Shown: positions 1 through 10,621, counted from the first letter of the stretch. The stretch is DNA of 64,000 nucleotides from an uncultured SAR116 cluster alpha proteobacterium (GCA_902522415.1 CABYVI010000003.1:5092-69091), one strand, 5' to 3'. Made by a program: numbers and translations. The notes: a model not told the origin generated them from the sequence alone.

Positions 1-714
1 AAGGGAATATCAAGGTTAGGGCTTTCAGACGTTCCATTGGGTGTTGGAAGTGTGCCAAAGATTTTTAACTTAGTTCAGGCTACAGACGCTGCTGGAAACG
101 ACTTATTTGTTGATGCTAACGGAAATGTTACTACAACACCCCCAGCAAACCAAGTTGATGGATTTTTTCCATTATACATTGATGAGGGTGAACTTACATT
201 TGATAAAACTGGTAAATTACTAAGTCCCAAAAATAAAGTTCACTACGAAAAGCAGGAAGAAGGTTTCTCTATTGATTTGAATATTGACTTTGCTTCTTCA
301 ACTCAGTTTGCTCAACCATTTTCGGTTCTTTCAGTTGAGCAGGATGGTTTTACATCTGGTCGTCTTGATGGTTTGGAAATTGACGCGTCAGGTACTGTCA
401 GAGCTAACTATACAAATGGACAAAACGATCCATTAGGTAAAATGGTACTTGCAAACTTTAACAACCAGAACGGTTTGAAGCAGATTGGTAACGCGACATA
501 TGTTGAAACAGCGGTATCTGGTTCTGCACAGGTTGGTGAAGCGGGCTCTGAGGGTTTCGGTACAATTCTTTCTGGTTCTCTTGAAAGATCAAATGTTGAT
601 ATTACGGAAGAGCTTGTTAATTTGATTACAGCTCAAAGAAACTTCCAGGCTTCTGCAAAAGCCATTGAGACTACAACAACCCTAACCCAGACAATCATTA
701 ATATTAGAATGTAA
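1..714 (+). CDS. flgE: Flagellar hook protein FlgE, C-terminal part (gene starts upstream of the window; frame open from nt 1)
   Basis: C-terminal axial-protein region SLERSNVDITEELVNLITAQRNFQASAKAIETT; sits directly upstream of flgF-flgG. Confidence 0.85.
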   Translation, partial: KGISRLGLSDVPLGVGSVPKIFNLVQATDAAGNDLFVDANGNVTTTPPANQVDGFFPLYIDEGELTFDKTGKLLSPKNKVHYEKQEEGFSIDLNIDFASSTQFAQPFSVLSVEQDGFTSGRLDGLEIDASGTVRANYTNGQNDPLGKMVLANFNNQNGLKQIGNATYVETAVSGSAQVGEAGSEGFGTILSGSLERSNVDITEELVNLITAQRNFQASAKAIETTTTLTQTIINIRM

Positions 715-738
715 TTATAAATTAAGCGGTTTTAAGTT

Positions 739-1491
739 ATGGATAAAATGATACACACAGCATTGAATTCAATGCATATGATAACACAAAACCAATCTAT
801 GAATGCTCAGAATTTATCTAATCTTAATGTTCCAGGTTATAGAAGAGACTTAGGTGTTGAATTTGAAACAGCTTATTTGGAAACTAAAGACGGTATAGAT
901 GCAAAGGCTTTTGCAACTAGAACAAATGTAGGAGTTTTTTCATCGAAACCTGGTCACATTAATCCTACAGGTCAGGATCTTGATGTTGCTGTTCATGGTG
1001 CAGGTTTTTTCTTTGTCCAGGCAAAGGATGCCAATGGACTTAGCAGACGAGGTGACTTTAATGTAAATGCATCTGGTTTACTGGTAAATGGAGCAAATGA
1101 ATTAGTTTTGTCAGATGGACTTGAGCCAATAGAGATACCTCCTTACAAAAATATTTCAGTATCTGAAAACGGTTCAATAGTTGTTGAACCCCTTGGGGCA
1201 GAACCAGGAACCACTCAGATTGTTGGAACTATTGGTACAACTCAAGCTTCAGGGGAAGAAATTTTCAAAGATAAAGATGGCTTGTTAAAAACAATTAATG
1301 GCGGCCTTCCTGAACCTGATCAAAAAGCTATTCTCATGCAAAAGCACCTTGAAGGCAGCAATATTAACGCAGTTGAGGAAATGATAGTTTCTCTTGACCA
1401 GCAGAGGCAATTTGAATTAAACGTTAAATTAATAAAGATTGCTAAAGACATTGATGAGGCTGCAACAAACCTCATGAGAATGCCTAATTAA
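739..1491 (+). CDS. flgF: Flagellar proximal rod protein FlgF
   Basis: 250 aa; N-terminal NLSNLNVPGYRR and C-terminal QQRQFELNVKLIK rod-family motifs; position before flgG. Confidence 0.85.
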   Translation: MDKMIHTALNSMHMITQNQSMNAQNLSNLNVPGYRRDLGVEFETAYLETKDGIDAKAFATRTNVGVFSSKPGHINPTGQDLDVAVHGAGFFFVQAKDANGLSRRGDFNVNASGLLVNGANELVLSDGLEPIEIPPYKNISVSENGSIVVEPLGAEPGTTQIVGTIGTTQASGEEIFKDKDGLLKTINGGLPEPDQKAILMQKHLEGSNINAVEEMIVSLDQQRQFELNVKLIKIAKDIDEAATNLMRMPN

Positions 1492-1534
1492 CTTTCAAAA
1501 TTAATATTACATGTAATGAGCCAAATAATATTTT

Positions 1535-1550
1535 TGGCACAAGCATTGCT
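1535..1550 (+). promoter_or_regulatory. Sigma-54 (-24/-12) promoter upstream of flgG
   Basis: TGGCAC-AAGCA-TTGCT, exact consensus spacing, about 40 nt before the flgG ATG. Confidence 0.7.
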
Positions 1551-1588
1551 TATTTATCTCTGTATAATTTTATTAAACGGAGAAATTT

Positions 1589-2377
1589 ATGTCCACAAAT
1601 GCAATGCACGTAGCAAAAACAGGTTTGAATGCGCAACAAGTTAGGATGCAAGTAATTGCTAACAACTTATCAAATGTCAACACTACGGGTTTTAAAAGAG
1701 ATAGAGCTAATTTTGAAACACTTCTATATCAAGTAATTAGAAATAGTGGTGATCAAACATCTGCTGAAACAAATCTAAACTCCGCATTTGCAGTAGGAAC
1801 TGGAACAAGAATAGTCAATTCTGACAAGCTTTTTAGTCAAGGAAATATTGTTAGTACTGACAACGCATTAGATATCTCTATTGATGGGGGTGGTTTCTTT
1901 CAAGTTTTAATGCCTGATGGAAGAATTGGCTACACAAGAAATGGTGCATTTTCGAGAAATGCTGAAGGCTTATTAACTACTTCAAGTGGTTATCTTGTTC
2001 AACCTGAAATTCAAATTCCATTGGAAGCAACGCAAGTAAATATTTCTGCTGATGGAATAGTAAGTGTACAAGTACCAGGTGCTGTAGAGGCAGAGGAAAT
2101 TGGGCAAATGCAAATTGCTGACTTTCCAAATAGAAGAGGATTGCAACCTATAGGGGAGTCATTTTTAGTTGAAACTCCTGCCAGTGGTGAAGCTGTTATA
2201 TCAGAGCCTTTTGTCGGTGGAATGGGCAAATTAGTCCAAGGTGCTCTTGAGAGCTCAAATGTCAATGTTGTTCAAGAATTAGTTGATATGATTGAAACTC
2301 AAAGAGCATATGAAGTAAACTCTAAAGCAATTTCAGGTGTTGACGATATGCTTAGATTCATAAACCAAAATCTTTAA
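1589..2377 (+). CDS. flgG: Flagellar distal rod protein FlgG
   Basis: 262 aa; NNLSNVNTTGFKR ... ALESSNVNVVQELVDMIETQRAYEVNSKAI, near-canonical FlgG. Confidence 0.95.
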   Translation: MSTNAMHVAKTGLNAQQVRMQVIANNLSNVNTTGFKRDRANFETLLYQVIRNSGDQTSAETNLNSAFAVGTGTRIVNSDKLFSQGNIVSTDNALDISIDGGGFFQVLMPDGRIGYTRNGAFSRNAEGLLTTSSGYLVQPEIQIPLEATQVNISADGIVSVQVPGAVEAEEIGQMQIADFPNRRGLQPIGESFLVETPASGEAVISEPFVGGMGKLVQGALESSNVNVVQELVDMIETQRAYEVNSKAISGVDDMLRFINQNL

Positions 2378-2379
2378 TA

Positions 2380-3069
2380 ATGAATAAGGTGGCACGTATG
2401 ACCCGTTCACTATTTAAATCTTTACTTTGTATTTTCTTGCTTTCGGGATGTGTTAATACATACATTGAGGAAAAGGCATCACTAGAATTTGAGCCAATAT
2501 ACCCAGCTCAAGAATTTGATAAACCCAATAGAAATGCGAATGGTAGCATTTATGCTCAAGCAGGTGGCGGGTTATTTGCAACAGACAGAAGAGCGCAAAA
2601 TGTTGGTGATATACTTACTGTTAATTTAAGTGAGCAATTCAGCGCAAAAAAAGCTCAAAGTGCTACATCTGGAAAGACAGATGGATTTGAAGTAACTGTT
2701 CCACTTGGTCTTCAGAATAACTTAGGAACTACTGCAGACTTAACTGCTGGAACAAAACAGTCTTTTTCTGGTTCAGGAGGAGCGACACAAAGTAATTCAT
2801 TAACAGGAAAGATCAGCGTAACTGTAATTAGATTACTTGATAACGGAAATTTAGAAATAATGGGCCAAAAGAAGTTAACTCTTAATAATGGAAATGAATA
2901 CATCAGATTGAGTGGTGTTATCCGACCAGAGGATATTTCAGCGTCTAATGAAGTTAGCTCAAACAGAATTGCCCATGCATCTATAACTTATACTGGAACT
3001 GGTGATGTTCATGATACTAACCAACCTGGATGGCTAGGAAAAGCTTTAAGGGTGGTGTCCCCATTTTAG
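2380..3069 (+). CDS. flgH: Flagellar L-ring lipoprotein FlgH (alternative start ATG 2398 has the better RBS, AAGGTGG)
   Basis: Lipobox LLSGC; TGKISVTVIRLLDNGNLEIMGQKKLTLNNGNEYIRLSGVIRPEDI is typical of FlgH. Confidence 0.9.
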   Translation: MNKVARMTRSLFKSLLCIFLLSGCVNTYIEEKASLEFEPIYPAQEFDKPNRNANGSIYAQAGGGLFATDRRAQNVGDILTVNLSEQFSAKKAQSATSGKTDGFEVTVPLGLQNNLGTTADLTAGTKQSFSGSGGATQSNSLTGKISVTVIRLLDNGNLEIMGQKKLTLNNGNEYIRLSGVIRPEDISASNEVSSNRIAHASITYTGTGDVHDTNQPGWLGKALRVVSPF

Positions 3070-3078
3070 GAGATTTAA

Positions 3079-4209
3079 ATGACAAAGTTTAAAGTTTTTA
3101 TATTAGTATTTTCTTTTCTTCTTACAGGATTAAACTCGAGTTTACTTGCTGACAGATTAAAAGATTTAACATCTGTTGCTGGCATCAGGTCTAATCAACT
3201 TATTGGATACGGGTTAGTAGTTGGACTAGCAGGAACTGGTGACGGAAATACAAAGTTAATACAACAGTCCATGAAGTCAATGGTGTCACAACTTGGTCTT
3301 TCTACAGATTCTGGTTCACTAAATGGTAAAAATGCTGCATCAGTTATGATTACAGCTGAACTTCCTCCATTTATAAAACCAGGCCAGAATATTGATATTA
3401 CTGTTTCAACACTCGGAGCTGCTAAATCCTTAAGGGGCGGCACTTTACTCATGACACCATTAAAAGGTGCAGACGGTGAAACTTACGCTATTGCTCAAGG
3501 AAATCTTGTAGTTGGTGGTTTTGGCGTTGAGGGAGGTGATGGATCATCTTTAATTGTCAACATTCCTACTGTTGGAAGAATACCTAGAGGCGCTACTGTT
3601 GAAAAATTTGTAGAAATGCCATTTTTAGAAAAACCTTTTTTGATATTGAACCTTCATCAAGGTGATTTCAGTACAGCAACTAAAGTTTCAGAAGCCATTA
3701 ATGAAATCTTTGGTCCTGAAGTATCAGTTCCACTTGACTCAACATCAGTCAGAGTAAGAGCTCCTATGGAACCTTCACAAAAAGTTGCCTTTATGAGCCT
3801 CCTTGAAAACATAGAAATGGAACCAGCAAGACCGTCAGCTAAAGTAGTAGTCAATGCAAGATCTGGAACTATAGTCATTGGCGGTGATGTCAGAGTAACA
3901 CCTGCGGCCGTCACACACGGTAGTTTGACGGTTAAAGTAAAAGAAGATGTAAACGTAACAGCTGGAACACAAATTATGGGAGCTTTAGGTAACCAAATAG
4001 GCGGAGGTGGAGAGGCTGTCCAAAATCCAGATACTGAAATGGAAGTGACTGAGACTACTGCACAAGCATTTATTTTTGATCCTGGTGTCAAATTATCTTC
4101 AATAGTTGATGCAATGAATGCTGTAGGTGCAAGCTCAGCAGACCTTGTTGCTATACTTGAAGCTTTAAGAGAAGCAGGCGCCCTGAGGGCAGAATTAGTT
4201 ATTATTTAG
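3079..4209 (+). CDS. flgI: Flagellar P-ring protein FlgI
   Basis: Signal peptide; [13 protein letters not shown] and C-terminal [22 protein letters not shown]. Confidence 0.95.
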   Translation: MTKFKVFILVFSFLLTGLNSSLLADRLKDLTSVAGIRSNQLIGYGLVVGLAGTGDGNTKLIQQSMKSMVSQLGLSTDSGSLNGKNAASVMITAELPPFIKPGQNIDITVSTLGAAKSLRGGTLLMTPLKGADGETYAIAQGNLVVGGFGVEGGDGSSLIVNIPTVGRIPRGATVEKFVEMPFLEKPFLILNLHQGDFSTATKVSEAINEIFGPEVSVPLDSTSVRVRAPMEPSQKVAFMSLLENIEMEPARPSAKVVVNARSGTIVIGGDVRVTPAAVTHGSLTVKVKEDVNVTAGTQIMGALGNQIGGGGEAVQNPDTEMEVTETTAQAFIFDPGVKLSSIVDAMNAVGASSADLVAILEALREAGALRAELVII

Positions 4210-4220
4210 GTTGAAATTAT

Positions 4221-4541
4221 ATGGAAAATTTTATCACACCAGGCTTAGATCCAAAAACTTCTTTTGAAATAAGTTCGAATAAGACTAAAAAATTAAATGC
4301 AGACACTACAAGCTTAAATGAAGCAGCAGAGAGATTTGAGGCTTTATTTTTATCTCAAATGCTCAAATCAGCGAGAGCTGCAAAATTATCAGAAGATATA
4401 ATGGGCAACAATGCAACAGATACTTACTACGCAATGATGGATAATGAATTGGCAGAAAAATTATCAAAGGCAGGTAATTTTGGGATTGCAGAAGCTCTTA
4501 TCAGACAATTTGGTGGAAATGTAGAGGACAAAGATAAGTAA
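4221..4541 (+). CDS. flgJ: FlgJ-like rod-binding protein (rod-binding domain only, no muramidase domain)
   Basis: 106 aa; AAERFEALFLSQMLKSAR rod-binding motif; lies between flgI and flgK; stop overlaps the flgK ATG (TAATG). Confidence 0.7.
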   Translation: MENFITPGLDPKTSFEISSNKTKKLNADTTSLNEAAERFEALFLSQMLKSARAAKLSEDIMGNNATDTYYAMMDNELAEKLSKAGNFGIAEALIRQFGGNVEDKDK

Positions 4542-7500
4542 TGTCTAGTTTATTTGACATTGGTAAAAGTGCTGTTCAGTCATACCGTCAGGCATTGGCA
4601 GTAACTGGACAAAACATAGCTAATGTTAACACAGATGGATATAAAAGAAGAGAAGCTGACCTCAAAGAGGTTGGAGCTAGTAGTGGCAGTGTTACTTCAA
4701 CTGGTAATTCAGCAGGCCTTGGTGTTCGTGTAGAAAATATAAGAAGGTCATTTGATCAATTTTTATTAGATCGCTCAAGAAGTTCAATTGCAAATTATGA
4801 AAAACTAAAGTCTTACACAGATCAAATGAAGCAACTCGAAGATATTTTGCTCCCAGGTGACGCTGATATCGGTAGTTATATTGGTAGATTTTTTGGTGCT
4901 TTACAGGACATAGCTGCTAATCCTGGCGATCTTGCTCCTAGAACTGTTGCTCTTGAAGAGGGGAAAAGTCTGGCTGGTGCTTTTAGAAATCTATCTTTTC
5001 AACTAGAAGAAATGCAAAAAAATGGAAAATCTCAAGCTGATGATACTTGTTCGGCAATTAATATTGTTGTAACTCAATTAGTTGACGTAAATGAAAGGCT
5101 ACTATCTTCAAGTCTGGGAAGTTCTCCAAACTCAACTCTAGACTTAAGAGACAGGCTTCTTGAAGAATTATCAAAATTAACCGATATATCAGTTTCATAT
5201 AACGAGAGAAAAGACGTAACTGTAACAATTGGTAAAACAGGTGCAGGGCCAAAATTATTATCTGGGAAAATTGCAACAAAAATTGGAGTAGCAGATACGG
5301 GCGGTGTTATACAGGTTTTAATGGGTGCCGGAACATCAAACACTCCTACAAATCAAGTAACAGGTGGCGTTCTTGGAGGAGTTATAGACTCTTATGCCTT
5401 GATTGGTGATACCAATAGAGATATTGATAATCTTGCAGTTTTAATTTCTGAAACATTAAATGATCAGCATAAACAGGGTATTACTCTTGATGGAAAAGAG
5501 GGTGAAAATATTTTTGTAACCTCTGGTATGACTGTCAGTCCAGGTAGAGCAAACAGATCTTCTGTATCAGCAGAAATTGTTATAAGTGATATTGAAAAGC
5601 TTCCAAAGGGCCAACTTACAGCAAAATTTAATGAAGTTCAGAATAGATGGACACTATCTGGTTCATCTTTAGAAAACAATATTTTTGGAACGAGTGAAAT
5701 TAAAGGACCAGGTTTCTCATTAAATATTTTAGGCAAACCAACAGATGGAGACGAATTATCAACCACTCCACTTACTGGTGCAGCTTCAGGTATGCAATTT
5801 ATGTTGAGAAGGGCACAAGATTTTGCAGCTGCTTCAAAAACATTGGTTAGTGCAACAGTTTCAAATAAAGGAACTGCAGATATTACAGCAAGTACAGGAA
5901 AAATAAAAACGTCCGATAATCCTCCATTATTGAATAATGTATTTACAAATTCTAATTCTCCCCTAACAGCAACAAATTTTCTAAGTGATGGAGCTGTTTC
6001 TGCAATACCTACTGGATCACAAGAGGCGGATATTCTTAGTTTCAAAACTCAATCACAAATGAGTTTTCAATTAACTGAGGCCGAAATACCAACAACTACT
6101 TCACTGACACTCGAAGTAAATAGTGTTCCTCATGTATTTGACCTTACTTATTCAAGTGTATACCCGAAAGCAGTTGCATCAGAAAAATGGAAATCTTGCG
6201 GTGAAATTGCAACAGCTTTAAACAGAGGTATAATTAAAAATTCTAATTCACAAACACTTTCTGATTTAGGCCTTTTTGCCTCAGGATCTGGAGGAAGCAT
6301 AACGTTTGCATCATCTGAAAACGACTTCTCAGGCCAGTCAACTATTAGTTCAGGTGGCGGTACAATTTTAGGAATAAGCAAAGCATCAGCACTTCCATCA
6401 AATGTTCAGGTTTTTACAAGAGAGGGAAGGCATCTAGCTGGGACACCCCTTACGAAAGAAGATATTGCAAAACTTGTTACCATTGACAATGGCTTTAATG
6501 AGGGAGCAAGTTACAGAGCAGATTACATAAATTTAAGTGGTGATAAAGCATACAGAGGCTTGTCTTTAGAAAGAAAGACTGCAACAGGTGACCATGTAAT
6601 TACCTTGGGGTCTAACAGTAATTCGGTTACTGCAAATACATCAGGAATTGGTTCATCAATTGGTGCAACAATTACGACAGGAACAAATCACGGTTTCTCT
6701 ACTGGAGACACTGTTCAGTACCTCGCTAATAGTACTGCCCTAACTGGATTAACTGATAAAGCAGTATATAAAGTAGCATCTATTAATGGTACAAATCAAT
6801 TTACTCTCACAAAAACTGATGGAACAACACTTACTTACGGAGGTAGTAACGGCCATGCTAATGATAGTTTTAAACTTTTTAACGTTAATTCATCAGGTAT
6901 AATTCCATCTAAAACTATTTTCCCATCAAGTGCTGTATCTGCTTATAATGCAAGTATATCAATGTTTGGCGGTGAGAGCGGAAATATTGATATTCCAGCA
7001 GGTTCATCTGCAGGATTTTCTGCAAATAAAATAAATACTGACCTTGCAAATCTTGGCGTCCAAGCAGAAGCCATTACTAGGGTTGAATTGTCAATGGCAG
7101 AAATTGGTTCTCTGTCCTATGGTCAAACAAGAGTCAACCAGGGTTCTGGATCACCAGCTATAAGCTTATCATCTACTTCCACAAATGGTGCAGCAACTGG
7201 TGAAACAGAGTTTAAAGTTGGCGATATTATAAAATATGAAGCTGTTGATGACCATGCAACAAATGGTGGGCCTTTACAGGGATTAACTGAGTTTGCTGAA
7301 TATATGGTTGCAAGTGTTTCCTCTAACAGTATAACATTAAAAAATACAGATGGAACTTCATTAACCTATGGAAACACAGGCGGGGCAACAGGGGTTGCAT
7401 CTCATTTCGATAGTTTTACCTTGGTTAGAAGAACAGGCCAAGTAACATTAGACTTTGAGTCCAAGAACCAGGATGCAATCAATATTTCAGCTACAATTTC

Positions 7501-10500
7501 ATCTGATGATATGACCGATCTAGCAAAGAAAATTAATGAGCACTCTGCAAATACTGGAGTGACAGCATTTTTATCAGTTGATAAGAAAAAAGTGGTTCTT
7601 GAGAGTAAAGACGGTGACGATATAATGATGACAAATTTTTCATCATCAAGTCCACCACTTAATTTAAAATCACTAGGAGAAAACTTTGAAACTCTTGGTA
7701 ATGAGGTAAAATTAGATAATACTAACTTTGATGCAGCAAGATTTACTGGCTATGTTAAATTGAATGCTGGAGGATCATTTTCTTTAACAACAAACGCTGG
7801 TTCAAATAACTCAACAGTCTCTAGTACAACTGATATTTTTGAAAATAGCTTTATAGAAAAAAGCATGACACCAACTGGCGAGCAAATGACTCTAAAATTT
7901 GATGCATTTGAGGGTGCTGATGGAAATGGATCTTCAGTTGACGGTTCTATGGCTCTTGCTGCAGGTGGCGAGTATAAATTGACAATTCCTAATACTGGTT
8001 CAGGGACCTCATTCTCATCTACAGTCAAAACTAAAGATTTAGAAAGTATCACATCAAATACTGTCGCTGCAGAAATAGCAAAAAAATTACGCTCTGATAC
8101 ACTCATAGCTTCGGTATCAGGTAAAAGTTCAGTAAATGAATTACCTGAAGCAGGAGACAAGTTAGTTGTAAAATTTGCAGAGCAAAATTATACACTTACA
8201 ATGCTTGATAATGGACGTGATGCAGTGCCTGCAACTGCTACGTTAAGTGTAAGCAACGCAGATACAGTTGCAGCTGCAGGAAACCGAATTCATCTAATTT
8301 TATCAGCCGGCATGGAACCAGAAATTGATTTGGATTACACTGTTCAGGCAGGTCAAACTAATATTTCAAGTATAGTTTCAGGACTTAACACTGCTCTAAA
8401 TACTGCAGGAGCTTCTGATAAATACTCATTTTCATTCAGAGGAACCAATTTAATTTTATCTAGAAAGGATGGAGTTAATTTTCAATCATACAAGGGTGCA
8501 AATCAAACAACAAATATACTATTTTTTGATGGTGTTGATATTAGAACTGGAGCTGGTAGAGAGACTATTAATGGCGCAACAACAAATAAAACGCTAATCA
8601 CAACAGATGGGAAACTTTCTGTTGAGAGAGAAATTGAAATATCTGGTGGTGAAAAGAATAGGCTTAATGCTTATTTTGATGAAAATAAAAAGTTACAAAT
8701 TTTTGCTGGTGGGAGTCTTTCTGGACAGCAAATAATAATTCCTGATGATAACTCTGTTTCAGGTAATAGTAGTGCTGCCACTAGATTTGGAATAGATCGA
8801 GCAATAGGAACATTAACAGGAAATGAGATTGCAGTCCCTGCAACAACTTCGACTACGAATGTTAAAGTAGGTGATATTGATTATACTTTAACCATTAATC
8901 CAAATAATGGTGGTAAAGTAACTGCAGAATTAAAAGATGGAAATAATATTGTTCCAACTAACATATTACTCGATGCAACTGTAAACTGGATGAGCAATAT
9001 TATTACTTCAGATACAACGAGTATTGCATCTTCAGCTGGTGCAGTTATCACTTCTGATAGTGATCACGAATTTAAGGTTGGAGACAAAGTAAAATACTTT
9101 AAAGGAGGCACTGCACTTACTGGGTTAACACATAATACTGAATATACAGTTGCATCCATTGTAAAAAAATCTAGCTCTCAAGCTAATACGGTTGGCCTCA
9201 CGCGAGCTGCTAGTTCCACAATAACAACTGCTAATGCTCACGAGTTTAAGGTTGGAGACTTTGTAAAATACGTAAAAGGCGGGACGAATAACCTTCAAAG
9301 TCTGACTGATGGGGAGGTTTATAAAATAAAAGAGGTTGTTGGCACCAATCAATTTAAACTTCAAACAGCTGGTGGCAGTGACTTCACTTACGGTGGAACT
9401 GGTGGTAGTTCAGCAGATGCATTCATCCGATTTGACGGCTTTTCGTTAAAAAGTGCAGCAGGTGCAACCATTACTTACGGTGGTGGAAACGGCCACGCAG
9501 CTGATCAGTTTGTAAAATCAGAAAATATTAGAACCGCTGATACAACAGGGCAAACGAACAATACATCTGCAACAATAACAGTTGGTGAGGGTCACGGATT
9601 TAAAGTAGGAGATTCTGTGACTTATATTCCAGCGGGAACAAGCGTTCAAGGATTAGGGGCAAATATCAACTATAGAGTAAAAGCTCTTATTGGCTCAACT
9701 GGAATTTCGCTACAGACAACAGCAGGCGCTGATTTTGCTTACTTGGGAACAGATGGAAGTGCAAATGATGTTTTTGTAAAGGCTAACGGAAGAATATCAA
9801 TAAAGACCAATCCATATAGTAATAAGGAATATAAATTTGATCATACTGCTAACGCTGAGGCTCTAGGTATTAAAGTATCGGACTACAGAGTTAATGTTGA
9901 CAATGATAAATTAGTAATTGCATCCACTGAAGGAAAAGTTGTTTCTGCTGATACAACAGGAAGCAACACAAGCGTTAAAAGCTTAATTGGAAGCAATATT
10001 AATATTAAAAATGTTGGCAATGAGGATTTAATAATGATTGTCAATGGCGGTGGCGCAAGAAGTGTCGCAACAAGGTCTGACCCCCCTGCCCCAAATTATG
10101 AAGCAAAACCTTCAAACATTGACATCAAAGTTGCAAACGCTGAGGGTAGTGTTATCGAATTCCTTGATGCAACCACGGGTCATTCAATCGCTACAAGAAC
10201 ATTAGACACTGTAGGTAGAGCTGAAGCTGCTGGTTATAAAGTTGTTGTCAAAGGTAAAGGCCAGCTCGATGACAGTTTTAAAATATCAGACAATGCTGGT
10301 GGAACAGGTGACGCAAGAAACTTAGATGCCATGATAATGCTTCAAACTGAAGATGCAAATGGTCCTAATTCAGGTGGGTTCAGAGAAGTTTTTGACAATA
10401 TTGTCACAGGTGTAGGAGCATCAGTATTATCAGGCGGTCTATCTTTAGAGGCAGCTGAAGCAACAAAAGAAGCGGCAATTGCATCAGAACTAGAATTTTC

Positions 10501-10621
10501 TGGTGTGAGTTTGGACACTGAAGCTGCACAGCTTCTGGAGCAACAACAAGCATTTCAAGCTTCTGCAAGAATTCTATCAACTGCTAAACAACTATTTCAA
10601 ACATTACTAGACGTAGTGTAG
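4541..10621 (+). CDS. flgK: Giant hook-filament junction protein FlgK (HAP1), 2026 aa
   Basis: N-terminus SSLFDIGKSAVQSYRQALAVTGQNIANVNTDGYKRR and C-terminus EAAQLLEQQQAFQASARILSTAKQLFQTLLDV are FlgK-type. The ~1500-aa central region contains flagellin-IN-like motifs and five HGF-x-x-GD modules. Confidence 0.85.
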   Translation: MSSLFDIGKSAVQSYRQALAVTGQNIANVNTDGYKRREADLKEVGASSGSVTSTGNSAGLGVRVENIRRSFDQFLLDRSRSSIANYEKLKSYTDQMKQLEDILLPGDADIGSYIGRFFGALQDIAANPGDLAPRTVALEEGKSLAGAFRNLSFQLEEMQKNGKSQADDTCSAINIVVTQLVDVNERLLSSSLGSSPNSTLDLRDRLLEELSKLTDISVSYNERKDVTVTIGKTGAGPKLLSGKIATKIGVADTGGVIQVLMGAGTSNTPTNQVTGGVLGGVIDSYALIGDTNRDIDNLAVLISETLNDQHKQGITLDGKEGENIFVTSGMTVSPGRANRSSVSAEIVISDIEKLPKGQLTAKFNEVQNRWTLSGSSLENNIFGTSEIKGPGFSLNILGKPTDGDELSTTPLTGAASGMQFMLRRAQDFAAASKTLVSATVSNKGTADITASTGKIKTSDNPPLLNNVFTNSNSPLTATNFLSDGAVSAIPTGSQEADILSFKTQSQMSFQLTEAEIPTTTSLTLEVNSVPHVFDLTYSSVYPKAVASEKWKSCGEIATALNRGIIKNSNSQTLSDLGLFASGSGGSITFASSENDFSGQSTISSGGGTILGISKASALPSNVQVFTREGRHLAGTPLTKEDIAKLVTIDNGFNEGASYRADYINLSGDKAYRGLSLERKTATGDHVITLGSNSNSVTANTSGIGSSIGATITTGTNHGFSTGDTVQYLANSTALTGLTDKAVYKVASINGTNQFTLTKTDGTTLTYGGSNGHANDSFKLFNVNSSGIIPSKTIFPSSAVSAYNASISMFGGESGNIDIPAGSSAGFSANKINTDLANLGVQAEAITRVELSMAEIGSLSYGQTRVNQGSGSPAISLSSTSTNGAATGETEFKVGDIIKYEAVDDHATNGGPLQGLTEFAEYMVASVSSNSITLKNTDGTSLTYGNTGGATGVASHFDSFTLVRRTGQVTLDFESKNQDAINISATISSDDMTDLAKKINEHSANTGVTAFLSVDKKKVVLESKDGDDIMMTNFSSSSPPLNLKSLGENFETLGNEVKLDNTNFDAARFTGYVKLNAGGSFSLTTNAGSNNSTVSSTTDIFENSFIEKSMTPTGEQMTLKFDAFEGADGNGSSVDGSMALAAGGEYKLTIPNTGSGTSFSSTVKTKDLESITSNTVAAEIAKKLRSDTLIASVSGKSSVNELPEAGDKLVVKFAEQNYTLTMLDNGRDAVPATATLSVSNADTVAAAGNRIHLILSAGMEPEIDLDYTVQAGQTNISSIVSGLNTALNTAGASDKYSFSFRGTNLILSRKDGVNFQSYKGANQTTNILFFDGVDIRTGAGRETINGATTNKTLITTDGKLSVEREIEISGGEKNRLNAYFDENKKLQIFAGGSLSGQQIIIPDDNSVSGNSSAATRFGIDRAIGTLTGNEIAVPATTSTTNVKVGDIDYTLTINPNNGGKVTAELKDGNNIVPTNILLDATVNWMSNIITSDTTSIASSAGAVITSDSDHEFKVGDKVKYFKGGTALTGLTHNTEYTVASIVKKSSSQANTVGLTRAASSTITTANAHEFKVGDFVKYVKGGTNNLQSLTDGEVYKIKEVVGTNQFKLQTAGGSDFTYGGTGGSSADAFIRFDGFSLKSAAGATITYGGGNGHAADQFVKSENIRTADTTGQTNNTSATITVGEGHGFKVGDSVTYIPAGTSVQGLGANINYRVKALIGSTGISLQTTAGADFAYLGTDGSANDVFVKANGRISIKTNPYSNKEYKFDHTANAEALGIKVSDYRVNVDNDKLVIASTEGKVVSADTTGSNTSVKSLIGSNINIKNVGNEDLIMIVNGGGARSVATRSDPPAPNYEAKPSNIDIKVANAEGSVIEFLDATTGHSIATRTLDTVGRAEAAGYKVVVKGKGQLDDSFKISDNAGGTGDARNLDAMIMLQTEDANGPNSGGFREVFDNIVTGVGASVLSGGLSLEAAEATKEAAIASELEFSGVSLDTEAAQLLEQQQAFQASARILSTAKQLFQTLLDVV

